Assembly: GCF_009834535.1 (NCBI RefSeq)
Contig: NC_045696.1
Location: forward strand, 119,476,001 to 119,540,000
Direction: 5' to 3'
DNA: 64,000 bases
DNA from: Camelus ferus
Lineage: Eukaryota
The notes under the pieces were generated by a model. It saw nothing but the letters and a program-made list of their open reading frames with translations. It had not been told where the DNA came from and made no database searches. The position numbers and the translations under genes were made by a program. The number at the start of each line of letters is the position of its first letter. Positions within the stretch are counted from its first letter, which is position 1. Of this stretch, positions 12,309 through 23,745 are shown piece after piece.

Positions 12309-14334
12309 TCAGCCCGTTTTTAATGGCCTCCAAAGTGGATCGCACTGTCTGTTCCGGTGTCCACACACTCAGGAGGCTGGTGAGTTCACCTAAACTCTGC
12401 AGGCAGGGCTCTGGCCCCCAGCCATGGGAGCCAGAGGAAGCTTCCACCAGCTTCGATGTGTTATTCTTTAACAGGGTCAGGAAGCTTCTGGAGACCCAAT
12501 CATCCTCATTTCTGCAGCCTCCTCGGGGGCTTGGAGAGTGTGCTGTTCTAGAACCTCGGTGTTGAAGTAGCCCCCACTGAGGAAGTCTCTTCACCCCCTA
12601 GAGGGCAGGAAGGTGGCTCCAAGGAGCCCTGAGAAGGGGGCTCAGTTTAGAGCGTGAGTGGTGAAGGTGAACGCGGGGAGCACACAGGCCTCCTGCTCAT
12701 GCTCCCGGGCCTGCCAGCCGCTGTCAGCTGCCCCCAGCCCCCTGTGCTCCGCAGCAAGGGACTCACCCCCTACCCTCAGCCCCCAAGGGTGGCCTCTGGC
12801 TTTCAAGGAACAGAGGCCAGAGGTTTCAGGATGCATGACCACGCTCAGGAGGAAAAGGCAGCTCGAAAGCTGGGTCAGAGGGTAGAGGGTGCAGGGCTGC
12901 TGGGACACGGGCTGCATCCGGCCGGATGTTTCTGAGGAAGGAAGGGAGGAAAGGGAGTCAGTGCCTGCTGGCCTTCTGAAGGCGGCTCGGCCTCTGAGAC
13001 GGTTCCCACACGCCTCTGACCTCCCTGCCTGAGGCTCAAAACGGGCCTGAAAATCTCTTCCAGCCCAAGTCCTGACTCCAGCATTAGGGCTACACCAGAA
13101 ACAGAAAGGGGACAGTCAGCAGGCTGGGCTGCTGTGCCCGATGCCCCCAGGGGACCCTGAGAAACCGAGATGCCTGGGGCAGACTGCCTGCGTTGGGAGG
13201 GTGTCCGGGATCTATGCCCAGTGTAGGAGCTCACGGATGCTCCCAGGCCTGGGTACAGGCTGTCCTCCAGCACGAAAGGCCTCCTGACTTCACAGTTGTG
13301 GGAGGAAAGGGCATTGACTGGCCTTGAGTGAGAGGCCTGGGTTCCGCCCCAATCTCTGGGAGCCACTGGGGGTCTCAGGGTTTCCTGGGCTCCACCAGCG
13401 GTTTCCACTGAGACTTCCTCTTTTGTGCCAAAAAATTTCACAGGCCTCCACGTGACAACTCTTCCACGGCCAGTGAGGTTCTAAAGATAAGGTGAAACTG
13501 CTACTTGTATAAATGTTCCCTTTTAAAATCCCTTAAATTACTCATAAACACCAAGATACACTTACTTATTTTGAGGGGCATTTGTAAGATCAGATCCCAG
13601 CAAGGGACAGCAGTCACACTTATCAATCCCTGCTCAGCCCAGGCATCGGGAGGAACAGTAACCAACTAGCCAGCATTCTTGACTGGTTATGGGTTTCATT
13701 TTGGTTTCGCTGTTTGTAAGTCTGCTAAGCCCCTGTCGTCAAATTTGTGTGGGTTCAGTATGCACGTAATGCAACTCCATGCTAAATGTATTTTAAAATA
13801 TTGGTTGATTTAAAAGATGCATTTTGATCAATGTGACTAGCAACTCAGGAAAGTTTTTCTGTATTTCTGTGTTTTATTTATTGCAATAATATCTATGCCC
13901 ATTTGGGAAAAAAGTTTTAAAGATGTACAGGGGTGGTGAGGTCTGTGCGTTATCTGAGTGTAGGTGATGCCAGCTGCAGACGGACTAGCAGGGCCCTGGC
14001 AATACAGCCGAGATAGTCCAGTGGGAGCCAGGCGAATGAGACGATCAAACTACCCTCAGCTTGAAATCCCTGTGCATCTGTGCTCTCTAGGCAAGTCTGT
14101 GCTGTTTGACCCAAAAGGATACCTTGGCTTTCAACTCACATTTCAAAACACTAATTTTGAGCAAGGGTGGTTGGACTTATTTTTATATAGTCCCTCGATT
14201 CTAATGACACTTCACATGTTGCCTTGTCATTTTTTGGGTGTTCATGTGTCTCATTGCCTGTGGGTCTCAGAACATCCCTGGGAGGTAGGCAAAGTGAGTA
14301 CATCTCCCATTTTTCAGACTCGGAAACTAAGGCT

Positions 14335-14507
14335 AGGGGGAGGGTATATCTCAGTGGTAGAGTGTATGCTTAGCATGCATGAGGTCCTGGGTTCAATCTC
14401 CAGTAACTCCATTTAAAAAAATTAAAATAAATAAACCTAATTGCCTCCCTCCTAAAAAAATTAATAAATAGAATTGAAAAAAAAAAAGATGATTTAAAAA
14501 CAAGAAA
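14335..14507 (+). mobile_element. Camelid tRNA-Ala-derived SINE (Vic-1-like) inserted in a MIR
   Basis: GGGGGAGGGTATATCTCAGTGGTAGAGTGTATGCTTAGCATGCATGAGGTCCTGGGTTCAATC. TSD GAAACTAAGGCT (14323-34) / GAAATTAAGGCT (14508-19). Antisense MIR on both flanks. Confidence 0.93.
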
Positions 14508-14748
14508 GAAATTAAGGCTCCAAAACCCCAAGGTCTTGTCTGAAGTCCAACAAGCTAAATCAAAGTTAGAGTTGGAACAAGAATCCAAGTTTTCTGATTG
14601 GAGGACCATCTAGGTTCAAAAAATTAAAATAAAGCACAAACATTGTCACTGTGCTTACCAGGAAGGGTTTGTCTAAAACAGAGGAATGGCCTACGTGCCT
14701 AACTTCCCTTTCAGTCCTATAATAGATCTTTTAAATTCCCAGCCTGAA

Positions 14749-14845
14749 TTCTGCTAGAGGGTGCTGTTACTGGACCCTGTTCGTCTGCCCCCCCTGGTGG
14801 CCGTTACACAAATCACAGGTCGGAGAGCACCTCCTAGGGCAGCGG
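14749..14845. promoter_or_regulatory. Cluster of CTCF-like motifs
   Basis: GGCCACCAGGGGGGGCAG on - strand (14785-14802); CTGCTAGAGGGTGCTG on + strand (14751-66); weaker GCCCTAGGAGGTGCT on - strand (~14825-39). Confidence 0.55.
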
Positions 14846-14859
14846 TTGATCTCTGTTTC

Positions 14860-15290
14860 ATCAATCGTGCATTCACGCCTTCAGCACCGCGGGCGGGCCA
14901 GGCTCCGCACTAAGTGCTGGGCGTTCAGAAATGAACAAAACAGGGCACCGCCTCATAGGTGGTAGACAAACAAGTGACTAGGTGATTACAAAATCACGGG
15001 CCAAGTGTCGTAGACAAAATGCTGAGAGTACAAAAGATACCTGGGCGGGCTTCGTAGGGGAAAGAGCAGACGGGAAGGGAAGGCAGGGACGGAGCCAAGT
15101 TCCAAAGGCCAAGTAGGAGACGGAAGGTGGCATTAGGAATTCAGGGAGCAGCCAGGATCTAGTTCAAGATGGCGGAATTCAGAGCACAGGTTGCAACGGG
15201 GGAGCAAGAGATGGGTCTGAGAGATTGGCTGGGGCCAGATGATGGAAAGTTTTTCATGTCACACTGACATTTGAACTCATAACCCCTAGG
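14860..15290 (-). mobile_element. L2 remnant
   Basis: CTAAGTGCTGGGCGTTCAGAAATGAACAAAACAG; GGGGCCAGATGATGGAAAG...TTTGAACTC. Confidence 0.65.
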
Positions 15291-15399
15291 CTATTAGTGT
15301 TGAACCTTTTTTTGTCCTGTTCCCTATCAATGAAAATATTTGACTATGAATCGCCAATAGATGGGTATTTATTCATGTGTACATTTTATACCCAAACAA

Positions 15400-16170
15400 T
15401 GCAGTGTAAGAATTCAGAGCATGGGATCTGGCATCAAACTGACTAGGTGCAAGTCCTGGCCCTGCTGCTTATTAGCAGTGCGACCTTGTTACTGAGTCCA
15501 AACTTGTTCTGCTCAGCACACGACAGGACAACACATTGGGAGATGAGGTGTTGGGGCAAGGAATAACAGCTTTATTTGGAAAGCCAGCAGACCGAGAAGG
15601 TGGCAGATGAATGTCCTGGAGAACCACTTTCCCCAAGTCAGAATTCAGGCTTCTTTTTTACTAAGAAGGGGAGGAGGTGTGGTTGATTGTTGCAAACTCC
15701 TTGGTGTCAGAATCCTTTGTTCTTGCAGCCGTCCACGTGGGTCAGGTCACGATGTCCCTGTAAACCTCCAACAAGGCAAATGCTATTTTCTATTCTGCAG
15801 CTTTTTATCTTTATATGAATGGGAAAGTGTTCGACCCTTAAAGGTCAGAGCCTTGAGAATGGGCTCTCCTGTGTATTTGAGGCTACAGGGAACATTCTTT
15901 TACAAAAGGTGCAGAACCAGCATGACTGAGCACAGGAAACAGAGTGCAGGGTGACAGCCAAAGGAACAGATCTAACATGGAGTCAGGTTTTCTTCCCTTC
16001 TACAGCCTTGAGCAAATAACCAATCCGTACCTAAGCACCTGATCTGTAACCTGAGGAGAATAGCAGACCCACGTTGTAGGGCTGGAAGACAATTAAATGA
16101 ATTAATCCAAGAGGAGAATTTAGGACAATACTTGACATACAGTACATGTTATATTAGCTTGTATTATTAT
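15400..16170 (+). mobile_element. MIR split by an ERV1 LTR
   Basis: The MIR motif GCAGTGCGACCT|TGAGCAAAT is interrupted exactly at the LTR; 3' part ATTAAATGAATTAAT...TAGCTTGTATTATT. Confidence 0.8.
15487..16004 (-). mobile_element. ERV1-class solo LTR
   Basis: TGTT...TACA ends; 4-bp TSD ACCT/GCCT (15483-86 / 16005-08); TTTATT at ~15571. Confidence 0.88.
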
Positions 16171-16288
16171 ATGCCTTTAGGATTTGGTGCTACAATAGAA
16201 TTGAGGGTGGGATTTACACCAAATAGGGGCTCTGTCCACTCTCAGAAAGCCTGTTTTGATATTACTTCAAAATGTCAAGAATTATTCT

Positions 16289-16628
16289 AGTCTTCTTCTA
16301 TTTTGTAGATGAGTTAATTAGTGTCCCCCCCCCCCCTTTTTCTTTTAGATTCCACATATAAGAGATATCATATGGTATTTTTCTTTCTCTTTCTGGCTTA
16401 CTTCACTTAGAATGACAACCTCCAAGTCCATCCATGTTGCTGCAGATGGCATTATTTCATTCTTTTTTTTTAATCACTGAATAATATTCCATTGTACACT
16501 AATACCACAACTTCTTTATCCAGTCATCTGCCGATGGACATTTAGGTTGTTTCCATGTCTTGGCTATTGTATATAGTACTGCTATGAACACTGACACATT
16601 GTAACTGACTATACTTAAATTAAAAAGA
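16289..16628 (+). mobile_element. 5'-inverted (twin-primed) L1
   Basis: Antisense L1 3' region at 16289-~16592, then sense ACACATTGTAACTGACTATACTTAAATTAAAAAG. TSD AAGAATTATTCT (16277-88 / 16629-40). Confidence 0.9.
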
Positions 16629-16959
16629 AAGAATTATTCTCATCTTCAAAATCTCCAAGTTGAAGAGGAGACCAACCTCTCACCCACCCACCTACCTAAG
16701 ACAAAGGAGCTTTGTCATTCTGTGATCATCCTTCTACCAAAATTTGTAGATGTAGGCGGTTCCTCTGCAGAACTGGAAGTGGTGAGGCAGGGCTGAGGGC
16801 GGGGCCGGAGAGTCCCAGGTCATGCTGATGCTTGTCTGAGTACCACCCTTGGGGATTTTTAAAGGAAAATACAAATATTAAATAAACAACCTTCTAAAAA
16901 CATTGTCATTTAAATTATTAGGACACTGCATATTTTTGCTCTCACTAAAAAATTTGTTT

Positions 16960-17740
16960 TTGCAAAGGTAAAACATGCTTGTTTTTTTGTCGTCTTGGTT
17001 TAATACTTTGTAATGTAGCCATTCGAAGTTCTTGTTCCAAATTCAAAATATTCCAGTACTTGGTTTTGAAATAACTGAAAAGGAACGTCCCTCCAGACAT
17101 GCACAGATACCAAATGGAACAAGCGCTTTATGGACTACGCCTAATATATAGTGATGTTCATTTTCCAGTCTCCTCCACCAATTATGCAAAAAGGTATTCA
17201 CTGAAATTCAGCTGACAGTTTCCATTTTTCCTGAAGTCCTTCAGTTGCTGTTGCCAAATAATTGGAAGGTTTCACCTTTTCATATTGTTCATCACTTAGT
17301 TTATTTTAGAAGCTGTGTGTATGAGGTTAGACTATCCCATTTCCAAGTTTTGAAAGTAAGCAGATACATGAGTTTTTATAGGTGGCCCACTTACATAACT
17401 TCAGCCTCAAAATCACACAACTCCGGAGAAATTTCCACTATCGGTTTTCAGTATAAACTCATGCTCTCCAAAGCGTGAGTTTATTTTGAAAAGCTGTTAC
17501 TCTCTCACACTTTGTTATGACATAACCTTTGCCAAAGGACAAGTGTATTTATTTTTCCCAAATATCTTTCAGGTGCATTTTACTGACACCACTTTCATAG
17601 TGGAAAAGGTCAGCAGATTTAGAGCAGTGTCTGTTTATAAAAGAAAAATTTATAGCATGTTTAGGGTTGGTAAGCCGTTTAAATACTTTGCCACGAGGAA
17701 ACTCGCTTCACTTCACCTGGTATGGATCGTGGGACAAGCT
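16960..17740 (-). pseudogene. Decayed hAT (Charlie-family) transposase, C-terminal half
   Basis: Manual - strand translation across frameshifts gives, in hAT order: PRGKVFKRL (~17672-98), AFQNKLTLW (17468-94), HNWWRRLENE, KALVPFG and KTKYWNILNLEQELRMA (~17017-67). These match hAT SRGKVL, AF..KL.LW and the dimerisation-domain KTKYRNRL motifs. Confidence 0.85.
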
Positions 17741-18177
17741 GTGTTCCTCATCCCCAGTTACTTCTAGGTGGGGAGTGGTACACATACACACACATATAAA
17801 ACAAAAAGCCTCCGTTGAGGACTACAGATGAAACATACTCGCTTCTGCTGGAGTCATTTTAACCTAGTGGTGCCCTGTTAAATGTTTAACAACCATCAAT
17901 CTGAAAAGAAGAAAAGACCCTGGGGTTAAACATCCTCACCTCGGTCAGTTTCAAGCTACCAACACGACGTCACTGATTGCAGATCTGGGGAGAGGTGCAC
18001 AGCCGGGGACCACCACATAACATGTTCATCACCCAGATACACGAGATTTAAGTGACCTCCAGAGCACATGTAATAGCAAAATGTAGTGAAATGATTTGGA
18101 AGGGATGGATATATTTAAGTATGTATTACCTTTGTTTCCAAAATAATCTGTTTAATTATAAGTGTATGTAATTTGAT

Positions 18178-18315
18178 TTTTTAAAAAAATTTTTAGTGCT
18201 CACTTGGGCAGCACATATACTAAATTTTTTTTATTGAAGTGTAGTTGATTTACAGTATTACTTTCACGTGTAGAGCCAAATGATTCAGTTATACATATAC
18301 GTACATATTTTTTTT
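18178..18315 (-). mobile_element. Short L1 3'-end fragment
   Basis: TTATTGAAGTGTAGTTGATTTACA...GATTCAGTTATACATATA. TSD TGTAATTTGAT (18167-77 / 18316-26). Confidence 0.88.
18196..18224 (+). pseudogene. 3'-truncated U6 snRNA retrocopy (first 29 nt)
   Basis: GTGCTCACTTGGGCAGCACATATACTAAA vs U6 GTGCTCGCTTCGGCAGCACATATACTAAA: 27/29 identical, both changes at CpGs. Confidence 0.9.
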
Positions 18316-18499
18316 TGTAATTTGATATTTAATAATGGTTGTGCTTATCAACCAGCTCACAAAATTCCTGAAAATTTAATCGTAGGCTCTCATGATCCAT
18401 TATAAACCTGTTCCTCACGCTGCTTTGGCCTGTTTGTGCTAAAGGAGCAGTGTCCTGCCTGCGTGCGTCTGTGTGTATGTGCGCTTGTGTATGTTCCAA

Positions 18500-19900
18500 A
18501 CTATTAATGGTATTTTCTGCTGAATATTTCATATGACACATTTCTGATTTTTTAATATAATGGGCTGTTGAAATTAAATATTTCTCTTAAAAGAATAATT
18601 TGGCCAGTTTCTGACAATAATGTTAATAATGTTAATAATCTGTTTAAAATAATGTTAATAATCTGTTTAAAATTTACATTATATTTATAGACTGGTTTAT
18701 AGATTGGCATCTTTTCAATACTGACCTCTAAGCTACAAGAGAGCATATCTCCCCATTTATTCAAGTATTCTCTTTGTCTCTCTCCATAAAGTTTTGAAGT
18801 TTTCCTCCTATTGGTCCTTTTTAAGTGTGCTACTTGGTAATACACAGTTCTGGTTGCCATGGTTAATAGAACGTATTTTTTCCCTGATGTTTCCAAGTTG
18901 CTTATTGGTGTTACATATAACAACCATTGATAGTATATACAATAGCTATTGCTTTTTTATAGATTATGTAAGCAGAGTTTTTATTGAAAAATGCCTTTGG
19001 CTTTTAAACAATGTATACCAGAGCAATTAGCTTATAAAACCTAGGCACATTCTGGGAGCACTTTGACAAATTTTAAGACGTCTTCTATGGCCGTGGACAT
19101 ATTTATGTTTTCTTCATCCTTGATATATTTTGATCTTTTATGTGTTATTAGAAATTTACTCATTTTGCCTAGATTTTACAGCTTTGAGCTGAGTTCAGCA
19201 TAATAATCTACACATAAAACCCATAAACCTGTCCTGTATCTGTGCTTCTATTCCTTTCTTCATGCTACACTGTTTTTTTCTTCTTTTTTCCTCTTGATCA
19301 GCTTTGCAAACAGTTTCTCTCTTTGTCTTGTGTTTTAAACAAACGTCTCCGATTTACTCAGCACACGTACGGCTTCTCTCTTTTCTAAAAACTATTCCGT
19401 TTTCATCCCTGTCACATCCTCTTCCTACTTTTCTTAGTCATATTTTCTTGGCTCGCTTTTTAACTTCCAGTTGAACCGTTTATTTATATTCTTTTTTCTT
19501 GTTTAGTTATAAAAGCCTTCAAAGTTCGTCACTGTTCTGTGGGTGAAACTTGACCTTCTCACTTATGTAATGTCCTAGTTATTGCTGTTTGCCAAATAAC
19601 CTGTAATTGCACTTTTGATTTCTCTTTGATCCAAAAGTTATGTAGGAGTGTGTTTTCTTTTTCCTTCTTTTTTTGAGGGTTTGGCGCTAACATTTAGTTT
19701 CTCTGCATTTTGGTCCAAGATTGTGGCCTACGTGATTTCTCCTCCTTGGAATATGTTAAAGTTTTTTTTTCTTGTGGCCTAATAGTGGATGGCTGTAAGC
19801 AAATGTGCCATGGGCTTGGAACAGAGGATGGATTCTCTGCGGGGAACAGAGTGGGACATACATCTGTAGTTGGGAAAATATTTTGCTGCAACCTGCTTCA
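18500..19900 (-). mobile_element. Ancient L1M ORF2 remnant
   Basis: ORF 18552-18923 contains YLNKWGDMLSCSLEVSIEKMPI, similar to L1 ORF2 [21 protein letters not shown]. Endonuclease-like traces near 19700-19890. Confidence 0.7.
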
Positions 19901-20919
19901 TGTAAGTCAGCTGAATCGCCGGGTGGAATTTTTAACTCCCAGAAAACTGTTTTTTTTTTTATTGCAAGGGCCAGGTTTTGTTGAGCTCTTAGAAGAGGGA
20001 GGAGGAGGACAAGGAGGAAGCGCAGGAGAAGGAAGGAAGCTAGTTTGCTCAGAATTCCAGCAACTCGGCCCGAAATATCAAGAACCCAGCTGGGAGGACT
20101 AGCTGCCTAGACACTCACACTGTGGCTCCCAGACTTGAGAAGAAACAAGAGCTGAGAGAAAACCAGTTTCCTCTACTCAGAGAGATAAGTGCATAAGGTA
20201 GGAAGGCAGAGGGGTGGAGGGGGTAAGAACATGAGGTAACAGGTGAGTCCCCTGGAGCCCTAGGAGGAAGGAGGCTTCCAGTGTTCTCTGCTGACGTGAG
20301 ATGACCACCATGGGCTAGAGATGGCGGCAGGGCTGACCTAGACCAAGCAAGGGCACCGGTGGGGCTCTGATGACAGGGAAGGGGGCTGGCAGGAGAGCTC
20401 ACCAGGGCGAGGGATGCTCCAAAGTCACAGCCAGACCTCCTGGGAACACTTGGGCTCAGGTCAGGCCAAAAAACCAGGCTAGCTATGACCCTTGGTCACC
20501 AAGGAAGGAGGCCACCACCAAAGGCCAGGACAGGGCTGTGCAGTAAAGGCCAGTCTTGTCTCACCTCCCCAAGGCCGTGAGGTCACGTGAGCCTTTGAAA
20601 CCCAAAAGAAACCCAGAGGACTGCGAAAGACAACCTTGAGAGAGACAGGTTTTCTTCGCATTTAATGTCTCTGGGGCGGGGATGTGAGTCACCATCAATG
20701 CCTCTGACATCACTCTCAGCCAGCTGGTTTACAGTCATGACACAGGCGTGTCATTGCCTGTTTATGTGTGAAGACCCAAAGCCCTTAGTCAAAACTTGCA
20801 GAACGATGGCTGTCAGCAGCTTGGAAGAAAGTGTCAAAGTAATAGGGAGGCAATGGTTGTAGGGAAGATGAGAGACGTGATCAATTAAATACTCCCCACA
20901 CAGGAGGCAAAAGCCAGAG

Positions 20920-21150
20920 TTGTCCGTTGGGCTCACCGGGAGGCGGACTCTGACGTGGAGCTAACCACGCCGAAGGTTTATCAGGAAAGGCCCTTGGGGC
21001 AAACCTACGGAAGGGAGCAGAATTGGGCAGAGGCAAAAATTGGGCTGTGATGAAGTCACAATGAAAGCGTCAGCTCAACCCAGGGGACTTTCTGAGGCTG
21101 AGATGGTCCTATACAGTTGTTCCAAGTAGGGGCAGAGTTCAGGGCTTCCT
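20920..21150 (-). mobile_element. ERVL LTR16C-like LTR, partial
   Basis: GGCGGACTCTGA...GTTTATCAGG...CCTACGGAAGGGAG...GAGATGGTCCTATACAGTTGTTCC; similar to the copy at 58868-59280. Confidence 0.7.
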
Positions 21151-21151
21151 G

Positions 21152-21234
21152 CCTCTATTCCTTGCCCCAGCAACTCATCTCTGGACTTACTGGCCTGTCA
21201 GGGGGTGAGCAGTACGAGCTTGGACTCGGTAACA
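21152..21234 (+). mobile_element. ERV1 LTR 3' (U5) fragment, same family as 15487-16004
   Basis: TATTCCTTGCCCCAGCAACTCATCTC...GAGCTTGGACTCGGTAACA resembles the reverse complement of 15487-15565. Confidence 0.8.
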
Positions 21235-21780
21235 GTGTGATAGAAGGTGATAACTTCCACCTGCAAAATAGGACTTGGTGAGGAGAGATGGTGAGTCAGG
21301 GGAAAGGGGCGTTTTGCAGGACTAAATGGTACCACATCTGTTAGGGCCGACCTCATTGAGTAAGTGACGCTTACACAGACCGGAAGTGGGGAGGGAGTGT
21401 GCGCTTGTGGGTGTCAGGCGGGAAGAGGGTTCCAGGCAGACGGGAAATGAGGGCAAAGGTCCCGAGGTGGGAGTATGCCTGGGTGGTTGGAGGAACAGGG
21501 AAAGGACAGTGGCTGATGGGGAGAGGGAAGGAGAGATTACTAGCTGAGATACATTAGGGACTGGGGGGTCAAAGGTCTGTCATGCAGACCCTTCAGTCAC
21601 TGTAAAGTTTGGCTTCACCTCTGAATGACGTGGGAGCCACTGGAGGGTCCTGAACAAGGAAATGACATATTCTGATGTGCCGTTGAACGGGACTCCTCTG
21701 GCCTCTGAATTGAGGATAGACTTACAGGGGGCAGGGGGAGATGTAGGGAGTCCACAGCATTAATCTGTCTGGGGAGAAAC
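21235..21780 (-). mobile_element. L2 remnant
   Basis: GAGGGTTCCAGGCAGACGGGAAATGAGGGCAAAGGTCCCGAGGTGGGAGTATGCCTGG; TTTGGCTTCACCTCTGAATGACGTGGGAGCCACTGGAGGGT. Confidence 0.8.
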
Positions 21781-22899
21781 GACTGCCATCTGCCTGTTGT
21801 GGGCTCTGCTGGGTAAATGGCACGTAAGAACTGGGAGAAATGATGGGAGGGATGTAAGTGACTTTTCTGCTTCTCTTTGATACCTGCCCTGCACTGGATA
21901 ACGGCTGGAGGCTGGACCGGTCCCGGCTGACCTTTCCCGGGGATTATGACAAATGAGATGGAGGTGATGAGGGAGGGAGACTGTTTGTTTCCTTCCAAGT
22001 TTGCTGGCAACTGCTCCCCAAGAGGAGTGGCCGGCCAGTGGGGAGAAATCTGATCCTGGCTAGATGTGTATTTTGGGGAACTGAGGGCTTGTGCACTCTC
22101 TGAACAGGAAACTCAGCCAGTTGGTCAATAGGGCTGCTTTTTAAAGACCCAACATAACTCTCAACTATGATCTCTGGCCTCCTGGTCCCTTTCAAAAGAG
22201 TGAGAGGGGGAGCTTGCAACCAAACGTGCATCAGGACACATGGGGTGGGAGGAGAGTAAGTTCTCCTGGGCTTTTGTGACTTTTCTTAATGCGACTCATG
22301 GAAATCCAGTGCCTGCCACGTTCAAGGAAGCATGCAATGAATGCAATAAAAAAAACTGGCAGGATCTGAGCTGAATGCACCCAGAACACACATCAAACCA
22401 CTGCAAGGAGCTGACTGCCTTGTGACTCATCTTATTCCCCTAAACACGTAATCAGACAAACCCAATTCATCAAGGGTTCTTCTTGGTTGTGGTTGGTCAA
22501 TCAAAGCTTGCTATGGTTTAGACAGACCTCAGGGAACCCTAAAGAGACTTGAATTTTCAAAGGCAGTCCCTAGGATTTTCCATTGTCCCTTGTCTACACA
22601 CATTACCTCCTTTTTTCCTTCTCACCTTGGCCCCAAGGCTCTTGCTGTTTCTTTCAACCAACAACTTTGGGGCACCTCCTCTGGACTGAGCTCTGAGCTG
22701 AGCCCCAGAGGGTCAGAGCTGAATAATTCAAAGTCCCTGCCTTTCAGTTGCATTTGCTCTAGAAGGTAGAGTGACCAGCCCAGAACTCTGATGCACCATG
22801 AATAAGTCCTTCAACAAAGCACCCCAGGGAAGGGCTAGCCCAGCCTCTGAACTGGGTCTTGGAGCATGAGATAAAGAGAGAAGTTTACTCATAGCAGAG

Positions 22900-23745
22900 G
22901 AAATAATAGCTCATAACTACAACTGGCTCTCAAAAAGAAGACGTGTTGTAGGCATATAAACTTATTGTCAGTTTTCCTGATAGGAAAGTTACGTAGCACA
23001 CAATTCACAAGTGAGAATAAAATACACAACATTCATTACGGTAGATCTTACAGTCTCATTCTCGCCAAGTGCTTTCAGTGATTCTTGCTGAACCACTGTA
23101 TCCATACTCAACCTACGGTTGTAACTGTCAGGACTGCTGTTGATACTTTGTTTAGGTTAATGAGGAAGATAAAAGTGAGGTGAGGACTTCACCCATTAGT
23201 CCGTGACATGAGCCACTCCTTTGCTGAATCAGGGTCATAGTCTCAGATGTTGGAGGAGGAGGTTCGGAAGCTTTTGTGCACTTGGTAACACAACAGCCAC
23301 AAACAGGACCCATCTGAAAGTTTAATCTGTGTTATTAATGTTTCTCCATCATTTCCTTAAGTCTAGACATTCAACACAGCATTGAATCAAGCCCTGAGTC
23401 TTAGCGTTTGCTGCTTTCTGGGGTGTAAGTGCTCCCAGCATGGCCATTTCCAAGCCACCAACATGCCAAACAGAGACACAGTAGCAGGGGGTCACAGGGT
23501 GTTTCCAACACACAGATACAATAGACACAAACAACCTGGGAGCACACATAACAGAAAACTGTAGTGAAATAATCAGAAAGTGAGAGTTTGGAGTATTCAC
23601 CTCCTGCTTTTAATATAATGTGTTTAATTATAAATTAACAAAATGTAATGCCTGATCATGGCTGTGTTTAACCGCTGTCTTGCAAAATTCCCCCAAACTG
23701 AACCACTGGCCTAAGCCATCTCCCACCTACTGCTGGTCCCAGCAC
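22900..23745. mobile_element. Long MER63 (C/D-like)
   Basis: ACAACTGGCTCTC start; CATTTCCTTAAGTCTAGACATTCAAC; TTTCCAAGCCACCAACATG; GGCTGTGTTTAACC...TTGCAAAATTCC. Confidence 0.8.

Larger units (their letters stand above)
17865..18425. mobile_element. MER63 (hAT-Blackjack) with nested L1/U6 insertion
   Basis: GTTAAATGTTTAACAACC, TTTCAAGCTACCAACACGACGTCACTG, CTCACAAAATTCCTGAAAATTTAA. Confidence 0.85.

Noticed and set aside
13400..13950. Possible old DNA-transposon remnant (AT-rich block)
   Set aside because: No TIR/TSD pair or diagnostic motif could be identified with confidence.
14336..14412. tRNA-Ala(AGC)-like sequence (also at 27582, 53717, 54749, 55331, 55852)
   Set aside because: Each has an AT-rich SINE tail, a TSD and disrupted stems, so these are SINE heads rather than tRNA genes.
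18196..18224. Functional U6 gene or canonical U6/L1 chimera
   Set aside because: Only 29 nt are present, there is no upstream PSE/TATA context, and the L1 is in the opposite orientation.
18616..18672. Short tandem duplication AATAATGTTAATAATCTGTTTAA
   Set aside because: Simple slippage within an old L1M; not CRISPR-like, as there are no unique spacers.
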